Assembly (NCBI GenBank): GCA_951406725.2
Contig: OX597830.1
Span: 36,642,001-36,706,000 of the forward strand
Source: Octopus vulgaris
Taxonomy: Eukaryota
Length of the DNA stretch: 64,000 bases
Direction of reading: 5' to 3'
Every line of letters begins with the position of its first letter. Positions within the stretch are counted from its first letter, which is position 1. The translations under genes and the position numbers were made by a program. Shown here one piece after another: positions 55,191 through 64,000 of the stretch. The notes under the pieces were generated by a model. It was not told the origin of the DNA. It made no database searches and saw only the letters and a list, made by a program, of their open reading frames with translations.

Positions 55191-55673
55191 CAATAGTTCC
55201 TCGCCATATCGCGGTTCATCTATTGCGGTTCATTATTTATGCTAACGTCGATTCCTCCGAGGTGTTGTTTTGCATTTAGAATAAATTTTGATAGATATGG
55301 ATAAATATATACAAATTCTAAAACAAAATACAGTACAGTAATGTTTCTACTTCGCGGATTTTCACCTCTTGCGTGGGTGGGGTTTGGAACGCAAAACTAG
55401 CGTTAGTCGAGGGATTACTGTATAAATATATATATATATATATAAATACAGTAATCCTCGCCATATTGCGGTTCACCGATCGCGGTTTATTATTTAAGCT
55501 TACGCCGATTCCTCCGTAGTGTTGTCTTGTACTTATGATAAAATAGACATACAAAAAAATTATAAAAATAATAGAAAAAATATACATACAACAGTACTGT
55601 TTCTACTTCGCGGATTTTCACCTATTGCAGCGGTTATTGGAAGATAACACCTGCGATAGTCGTGGGGTTACTG
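55191..55673. mobile_element. Tandem pair of pogo/Tigger-like MITEs
   Basis: 55191-55420 and 55449-55673. TIRs cagtaatcctcg / cgagggattactg, TA flanks, separated by (TA)n. Confidence 0.85.
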
Positions 55674-56048
55674 TATTTGCTAAATTAATGATGGGAGAGG
55701 AACCGAAAGCTGTTATCGCCTGTTGAATATTTTGAAAGTAGTCGCCTGAACGATTTACGCGTTTTAAAATTAAGGTGTTTGTAAGGCGAGGCAAACAGGA
55801 AAAATAAAACTCAAAATATGTGTTCTTTTGCTTTTATACTCTTTTACTAGTTTCAGTCATTTGACTGCGGCCATGCTGGAGCACTACCTTTAGTTGAACA
55901 GATCAATCCCAGGACTTATTCTTTGGAAGCCTAGTACTTATCCTATCAGTCTCTTTTGCCAAAGCGCTTAGCTACGGGGATATAAACACACCAGTATCGG
56001 TTGTCAAGCGATGGTGGGTGGGGAGACATACACAGATATGCAAATACA

Positions 56049-56110
<62 letters not shown>

Positions 56111-56111
<1 letters not shown>

Positions 56112-56902
56112 TAGCAGCATAGCCCGGCGTTGCCCGGGTATGTAAGAGCCCCTAGTAGGCAACGACTAATCCCAATCTAGTCATTTCCCTCTAGAGAACG
56201 AAGGCGCATGTGTAGGTTGCAATGTCTTCTCTTCACTCCCAAATAACTATCAAACAGCTATCGATAATTCAACCCAACCAATTCCTACCAGGAAGAAATT
56301 ACATTCGAGACTTTACCCCCAACACCGCCTCTTCTGCTAATAGCTGCTGCGGCCGCAAGTTATTCGAATACTTTTTTGTTTACACTTTCTTTATAACTAC
56401 CACCCCAAACGTTTTACCTTAAATTTTTGACGTACCCTAAGGGTCCTCGGACGCTACTTGCAAACTCTTGGTTTATTATAAACCGCTTTTGTCGTGTGCA
56501 TTAAAAAACCTTTTCCATTCGTTTGTTCAGTTAGGTCACTTTTGACTTTTTCGTTGTTGTCACTCACATTGCTGCCCGCTTTTTTGCCGTTTTTGTACAT
56601 TTTTATACATTTTGGGATACTTACCCCACGTGTTCCGAGAGTTAAAAAGGTCGAGTTGCGTCCCCTAGACAGTCTGTAGAAAATGTGTTGCATATAAAAA
56701 GCTTAGATTCTCGACCCATGTCGAATTTATCGATTTTTTTTCAGAACTGGGGGAACTTTTCAAAATTTTCGCTGCGTTAGTTTTGAATTATGACATTGGG
56801 CTACGTGTGTGTCAAATTTCATCAGAATCGGTTGAAAGCCGTGGTCAGGGTGAGGATACAACCTGACAGACACACAGACACACAGACAGACAAACTGCCG
56901 TT

Positions 56903-56910
<8 letters not shown>
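56111..56910 (-). mobile_element. Non-autonomous Helitron inside the (TA)n of a family A SINE
   Basis: 3' hairpin cccgggcaacgccggg plus CTAG at 56111. 5' part ...gtctgtctgtgtgtctgt as in 37374-37768. Confidence 0.82.
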
Positions 56911-56936
<26 letters not shown>

Positions 56937-57134
56937 TGACGGACTTCTTTCAGTTTCCGTCTATCAAATCCACTCACAAGGCTTTGGTCGGCCGAGGTTA
57001 TAGTAGAAGATACTTGCTCAAAGTGCCACGCAGTGGGACTGAACCCGGAACATATGGTTGGGAAGCAAGCGTCTTACCACACATACACACATATACACAC
57101 GCATACATTCGCACATACGCATACATGCAATATA

Positions 57135-57935
57135 TCTTTTATCTTTTACTGGTTTTAGCCCAGGGCCGAGCTCATGCTGATGCACCACTTATAGATACTT
57201 GGTGTTGTTTCCAGTATTGTTTTTGGCGAAGTAGTGAGTTGGGCGGAGCTGCTCTTCTTTGTGTCTCCTGCCGCTATGTGGGTTCATCTGATATCTCAGA
57301 TAGAAACCTGTCCAGACGTCCCTTGAAAACTTCCTCATCAACCCCATGTAGATCGCCAAGGTTGCCTGGAAGGATGTTGAACAATTGCGGGCCTTTGAAA
57401 CCCAGACTATTGCAGTACTGAGTCCTTATTTTAGATGGGGTAGACGAATCTTTGGTATGATGCAGTGCCGTCCAGTTCGAGGATTGGTATAGCTGCCAAG
57501 ATCTTCCAAATAATATCACCGCATATCTCTCTTGTCTTCTCTCCAGGGAATAGAGACTCAGCTCCTTTAGCCTCTTCCAGTAGCCCATCCTTTGCATCGA
57601 ATCGATCTTTGTGTATTGGCGCTGGATTGCTCCGAGTTCCACAGTTTGTTTCACACTCTCTGGGGACCATAGTTGGGAGCAGTAGTCCAAGCGACTGAGA
57701 ACGGAAGTCTTCCATAGGGGTAGTAGGGCTTCTCTTCTCCTGGTTCTGAATGTCCTCAGAATCCATCTAGTCACTCGCCTGCAGAGTGCTGCCATCTTGG
57801 TAATATGCACATAGAATGTCGTATCATTGCTCATGTGAACCCCCAGATAATGCATCAACTCTGACCCTGGGATCATATTAGCTTCTGGTCCAGTGTATTC
57901 CGATTTTAGCCTGGTGTTGGACAGAATAGTGGAGT
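57135..57935 (-). mobile_element. CR1-like LINE 3' end (pseudogene)
   Basis: YLGVHMSND...WILRTFRTR...VLSRLDYCSQLWSP...RLKELSLYSLERRQERY...GPQLFNILP...FKGRLDRFL, then a 3' tail. Confidence 0.9.
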
Positions 57936-58044
57936 GATTTTAGCCTGATGTTAGACCGATAGTGGTTCAAAATGTGACCGCGTGTGTACCGTTGGCGATT
58001 TTTTTCCCTCAATCTTCCCTTCTCTGGATCTTTCCTCTTCCTAT

Positions 58045-58079
58045 GTTTCTGACGAAGAGCTCCGCTCGAAACGTAAAAC
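58045..58079 (+). ncRNA. Minimal type I hammerhead motif
   Basis: gttt-CTGACGA-a-gagc tcc gctc-GAAA-cg-TA-aaac, followed by a PLE-like T-rich tail. Confidence 0.75.
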
Positions 58080-59004
58080 CCTCCTTCTTCCCTTCCTTCT
58101 TGGGCGTCCAATAATACTATATTTGTTCCACGTCCTCGCGTTGTTGTGCTTTCTCTTTCTGTTTTCATGTTTGGATTGACTTAGCATCGGTATCAACAAC
58201 GATGACAACAGCGGCAGAAGCGGTAACAACACCCAAAACTCCAACCACAATGGCATCCTCCTCCTCCTCCTCCTCCTCCTCCTCCTCCTCCTCATCATCA
58301 TCATCATCATCGTCACCATCATCGTCGTCGTTGTCGTCATCTGCAGAAGCAGCAGCAGTAGCAGCAGCAGTAGCAGCAGCAGCAGCATTAACAACTCTTC
58401 GATTTACTAATTGCTTCCAGTATTTAATTAGAAATTAACGGTCAGATGAGACGAAGCAGAAATAAATAACGAAAGAATTTATGTGTAAAATTCATCTTCT
58501 CATTTGTCCTAATTCCTCTTTAAACGGGATCAAAGAATTTTCCTGACTATCGGATTAATGATATAATTTGCAATTTATAAAAGTTGATCTTTTTATTTTA
58601 AAGTTGACATTAATTGGAGGATACACTTAAAATGTCTTGCATTTAAATAAATGTTTAAATATCTAGCTTTTAAAACCGCATTAAATTCGAATATATTCTC
58701 CCTCGTTAACCTTTTTTCTTTTTCTTTATTAGCACTTTCCGGATCGTTGGAATTTCTCAGCTTCAGTTTCCGTAGCTTTAAACGGATGAAGTGGAAGAAA
58801 AAGAAAGAAAAAAAAGGTTAAAAGAACCAAAACAAAATACAACAACAACAAAACGAAAAAAAACCAAAAAAAAACAGAAGAATTGTGAAGCTGGCGGCGG
58901 ATGAAGTAGTTGAAGACTTGGATTGTTAACAGAAAAAAGGTAAGAATAAGAGACCGAGATTCGTATTCTTCTCGCAGCAAGGCTGAAATCGTTGTATGGC
59001 AATG

Positions 59005-59685
59005 GAGGAGAAGAGGAGGGAGGGAGAGGAGAGAGAGGGGGAGAGAGAAAGGGTAGAGAAAACGAGGGAGATGGAGGGAGAGTGAGGAAGGGAGGGGAGA
59101 GGGGAGTGAGATAGAAGGAGTGAGATAGAAGGAGAGTGAGAGAAGGAGAGATGAGAGATTGGGAGAGATAGAGAGATGGAGGGAGATTGAGGGAGGGAGA
59201 GGAGAGAGAAAGAGAGAAATGGAGGGAGAATGAGGAAGGAAGGGGAGAGAGGGGGAGAGAGATGGACAGAGAAATGGAGGGAGAGAGGAAAGAGAGGAGA
59301 GAGAGGGTAAAGAGAACGAGAAAGATGGAGGGAGGGAGAGTAAGGGAGAGAAAAAGGGAGTGAGTGAAAGAGCGAGGGTGGGAGGGAGAGGGTGAGGGCG
59401 TGAGGGCGAGAGAGAGAGAGAGAGTGTGAGAGAAAGGAAGGGAAAGAAAATGGGAGAAAGGAAGAATGAGAAAGCGAGGGAGAGAGAGAATGAGAGAGAG
59501 AGAGTGAGGGAGAGAGAAAGGAGAGATATTGAGAGAAAGAGAGAAAGAGAGAAAGAGGGAGATAGTGAGAGAGAGTTAGAGTTAGAATGATAGAGGGAGA
59601 GAAAGGGTGAGTGAGAGAGAAAAAGTCAGAGGAAGAGAGGGAGAGAGAAAGTAAGAGAGAGAGAGAGGAGAAAAATAGAGGGAAC
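59005..59685. repeat. GA-rich polypurine tract
   Basis: About 680 nt almost entirely G/A. Confidence 0.95.
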
Positions 59686-59962
59686 AGAAATTCTCCCAGG
59701 GGGTATACCAGTAATGTTCGGGGTCCCAGTCTCCTTTTCAGTTTCTACTTTTACTTGTTCTAGTCATTAGACTGCGGCCATGCTGGGGCACCGCTTTGAA
59801 GAATTTTCTAGTCGAATGAATCAACTGCAGTAGTTTTTTTGTATTTAAAGCCTGATACTTATTATATCAGTCGCTTTTGCTGAACCGCTGAGTTACGGGG
59901 ATGTAAACGTACCAACATCGGCTGTCAGGCGAGGGGGTGAGGGATAAACCGAGCCACAAAGA

Positions 59963-59997
<35 letters not shown>

Positions 59998-60374
59998 CAC
60001 GCACGCATACATCACATACATCACATATACGATGAGCTTCTTTCAGTTTCCCTCTACTAAATCCTCTCACAAGGCTTTGATCGACCTGAGGCTATAGTGG
60101 AAGACACTTACCCAAGGTGCCGTGCAATGGGACTGAACCCTAAACCATGTGATTGGGAAGCAAGCTTTTTACCATACAGTCACACCTGCGCCTATATCTC
60201 TCTTTAAAGAAAGCACAGCCAACAACAAAGAATACAAAATAACACACCGAGAGCCATCACAGACTGCACACAAGACCATAGCAACACTCTACATTAACGA
60301 CAAACTCTTTGGGAACGCCTAAGCAACCTGCTAGCAATAGCAGCCAAATCTTCATAAAATCCTTTCTATTAAAA

Positions 60375-60920
60375 GCACAAGGCCTGGAATTTGGCGGGGG
60401 AAGAGGACTAGTCGATTAAATCGACCTCAGTGTTTCGCCAGTACTTAATCTATCGACCCTGAACGGATGAAAGGCAAAGTTGACCTCAGCAGAATTTGAA
60501 CTCAGAGCGTGCAGGCGGACGAAATGCCGCTAAACATTTTTCCAGTCTAGGCACAAGGCTTGATATTTTTAGGGAGGGGGTTAGTTGATTAGATCGACCC
60601 TTGTACGCAATTGGTATTTAATTTATCGACCCCGAAAGGATGAAAAGCAAAGTTGACCTCGGCAGAATTTGAACTCAGAGCGTGCAGACGGACGAAATGC
60701 CGCTAAGAAATTTTCTACTCTAGGGACAAACCCCGAAATTTTAGGGAGGGGCCAGTGGACGAGATCGACCCTAGTACGCAACTGGTACTTAATTTATCGA
60801 CCCCGGAAGGATGAAGGCAAAGTCGACCTCGGCAGAATTTGAACTCAGAGCGTGCAGACGTACGAAATGCCACTAACCATTTTGCCCGGCGTGCTAACGA
60901 TTCTGCCAGCTCACCGCCTT
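60375..60920 (-). repeat. Head-to-tail array of three family B SINE units
   Basis: Units of about 180 bp restarting at ttagcggcatttcgtc. Confidence 0.88.
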
Positions 60921-61883
60921 AAATCTTCAGAAAATCAACAGGAGTACATTGGATAATGTTGCCTTAAGTAAACTATAGTATGGTTAAAGAAATCATGGTC
61001 AAGGTTAGGATGCCTTTAATCATCGGTTTTTCTGATTAATGTTGACCGGGGGTTAAACAAAAATCAACTACCATCAAGCTTGCTTATCAACCATATGGTT
61101 CCGGGTTCAGTTCCACTGCGTGCCACCTTGGGCAAGTGTCTTCTACTATAGCCTCGGGCAGACCAAAGCCTTGTGAGTGGATTTGGTAGACGGAAACTGA
61201 AAGAAGCCCGTCGTATATATGTATATATATGTATGTGTGTATATGTTTGTGTGTTTGTGTTTGTCCCTCCAACATCGCTTGACAACCAATGTTGGTGTGT
61301 TTACGTCCCCGTAACTTGGCGGTTCGGTAAAGGAGACAGATAGAATAAGTACTAGGTTTACAACGAATAAGTTCTGGGGTCGATTTGCTCGACAAAAGGC
61401 GGTGCTCCAGCATGGCCACAGTCAAATGACCAAAACAAGTATAAGAGTAAAAGTGTGTATATATATATATATTGGGTCATCCCAATATATATCTTTTATT
61501 TTTCAAAATTACGATAAACAAAGTTCCTTTTTAATCTAAAATATATTCTCTTTCATTTTCTACAATGCTAGTGTGTTTACCGATGCTGGTGCGTTTACGT
61601 CCCCGTAACTTTGCGGTTCGGCATGGCCACAGCCAAATGACTGAAACAAGTAAGAGCAAAGTAGTAACACAACGAAACAAGAGAAAAGAAAACTTCAGCC
61701 CATTGCACAAACTACTGCTGTAGAAATGTAGAAACGCTCAGTGAGGTCCTCAAACAGAGAAGCTGAGTATACCTTGAACGCTAGATCTGTGGATCAGGCA
61801 GTGGGGTCGAGTAGGGTCGTTCGACCGACTAACTACTTGCTATTGATCTGTTCTTCTAGGGCTAGTTAACGTCTGATCAAATA

Positions 61884-62173
61884 CACCTTCTCCTCGACTT
61901 ACGACAGAGTTCCCGTCCAACTGACTGGTCATAAGTCGATCTGGTCGTATGTCGGATTTACATTATTCAAACGCAGCTGATGCTTGAAATCGACTGAGTA
62001 AAAGAAAATGGCAGGCAATATATGCCTGGGTCTGGGGGAGGCCTGTGTTGCCAGATGCTGCCATAGTTATCGTATGCGCAGCTGCCCAACGTTTGAAAAT
62101 AGATTTATTTATTTTTCATACCTTATTTTTTTGTGGTCGTAAGAGCGGATGGTCGTAAGTCGAGGAGAAGGTG
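61884..62173. mobile_element. Pogo/Tigger-like MITE
   Basis: Perfect 22-bp TIR caccttctcctcgacttacgac with TA TSD. Confidence 0.92.
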
Positions 62174-63316
62174 TATATAAAAAACAAAACAAAAAAAAAA
62201 ACAGAAAAAATCTCTGCAACCAGTGATGGAAAACAGGTCACATATCCATTTCATCAATACATTTATCTCTTTTGCTTTTATGCTGACTACTTCGTAGTCC
62301 ACTAAATTAATTTTATATCATGTTTGCCAAAGAAAAAGACAAAGAAAATGAATAGTAGAAGACGGCGGGTGGTGTGGGGGGCGGGGGGAGAAAGAAGAAG
62401 AAATAATAGAAGACGGAAAAACAAGTAGAAAATCCAAGGAAATGAAAAGATTAGAATTTTTCCTTCAGGAAGAATTACACAGTGATTAAAAGTATATACA
62501 TTTGATTTGATATTAAACCAAATTTAAATTGAGTAACATGATAGGCAAAGCTGTTATAAATTACTTGTTGATATCGTAAACAATAAATCTTGCGAATTTT
62601 TCCATTTCTCAAGAATGTTTTTTGGACTATTTAATTTTAAATTGTTTTGATTTTTCACTAAGGCAATTCATTTTTTTTTTATTTATTTTATATAAACATT
62701 TTATTTATGGTTTCACTCATTACTGTTTATTCATATATTTTTATTTCTTTTCTTACTTTCAAATTGCTAGCAATGGAATTGTCTTCCCACGTCATGCATC
62801 ATACTTAATGTGTTTTTCTTATAATAGCAGTAATTCTTTATATAAGATTTAGATGTACTTTTAATTCTCAGTTATAAAGCATATATAACTTTCACTAGAC
62901 ACAAAGTTTTAATTTTAGTTTTAATTTCCAGTGCCAAATTTCTTCGGAGAATCATTTAAAATGAAATACCAGTACTGAAATAAGAAAATAAAATCAAAGC
63001 AGAGCTGACAAGAATATTTAAAACCAAATTTAGAAGACGAAGTAGTAGTAGTAGTCATAATAAATAAATAAATTCTCAACACAGACAGCATAAATCTAAA
63101 ATATCGTGGAAACAAAAGACAAACTAAAAATACAAAAAAAAAGTTCAATTCTATTGTTGTTTCTGCAAATGAAATGTTGGCTTGAACATTTCATACCTCC
63201 GACATTTTGAGGTATTAATGCATTTCCCAATGGTGCAGGCGCACGTAGAATAATTTATTTTCAGTAACACTGTTGCGTCATTGAAGAATGAAATTTTGGA
63301 TTTTGTTGTGTCACAG

Positions 63317-63821
63317 GTATCGGCAGAGCAATCGCCGTATACACTGCGTATCGTGTTCTCTTCTCTGACGATCCTGCTGGGGTGACGGCTCGTGTTGACC
63401 AGCCACATGCTTCATGGTCATGGCAGGTGAAGGCTTTCGAGGAGATGCAAGACTTACTGGGACACTGATCGGAGGGTTGCCCGGGACGACCCGACCAAAT
63501 AGCGACAAATGACGGATTCAGCGACGCGCTACAACGGCCTGTTGCCTTCCTTACCAGACCTGAGCTGACATGCATGATAATAACTCTCTCAATTACCCTT
63601 CATGTCCTTCCTTTAATGGCAGTTAAATTTAGTTTTACTTTTTTCTCTTTAACAAACAACAAAAAATATTGCAAGATTTGTTTTTGTTTTTGGACAAGAA
63701 AAAAACCTATCAACGGTTATGTTGCGCATCCCTTCGGATATGATACCTCAGAGGTTTCCATGTGTTACTCATTCAGCATTATTGAAAACCAGGCCAGGCC
63801 AGGCCAAGCCATCACATGCAG
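63317..63821 (+). other. Candidate exon of an unidentified transcript
   Basis: Acceptor ttgtgtcacag|, donor gcag|gtaacg, CpG-rich first half, not repeated in this window. No recognisable protein. Confidence 0.3.
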
Positions 63822-64000
63822 GTAACGCACATTATAATCAATCTCAGTTTCTCAATTCGTACTAATTTTATAGACTCAGAAAGGGTTAAAAGCAAAATCG
63901 GTCTCTTGAGAATTCGAACTCAGAATGTAAAAATACTGTAATTAAACATAACAAGGTATATTGTCAAATGAAGTGGTTCTCAAGTGGAGTTCATACGGCC

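Noticed and set aside
63316-63340. GIGRAIA as a short-chain dehydrogenase Rossmann motif
   Set aside because: The following residues do not resemble an SDR, and a stop follows within 50 codons.

Overview
AT-rich, microsatellite- and transposon-dense animal genomic DNA. The SINE families and simple-repeat load suggest an octopod cephalopod (inference). The only host gene I can support is the 3' end of a Lines/LINS1 homologue on the + strand: exon 5591-5834 spliced in frame to a terminal exon 12135-13188. The rest is a nested mosaic of tRNA-derived SINEs, LINE fragments (RTE, CR1-like, R4/Dong-like), Penelope-like element (PLE) remnants with GIY-YIG domains, a decayed hAT transposase, Tc1/mariner fragments, MITEs, Helitron-type elements and a dispersed TTCCNGGAA minisatellite. 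The most striking signal is about 11 minimal type-I hammerhead ribozyme motifs from several families. They include a tRNA-headed SINE with a hammerhead in its tail and a PLE-style inverted duplication, and a family with a shared variant core (CUGUNGA). Almost all other ORFs in the track are microsatellite or repeat artefacts. Repeat boundaries were read by eye and are approximate unless a TIR or TSD is given.
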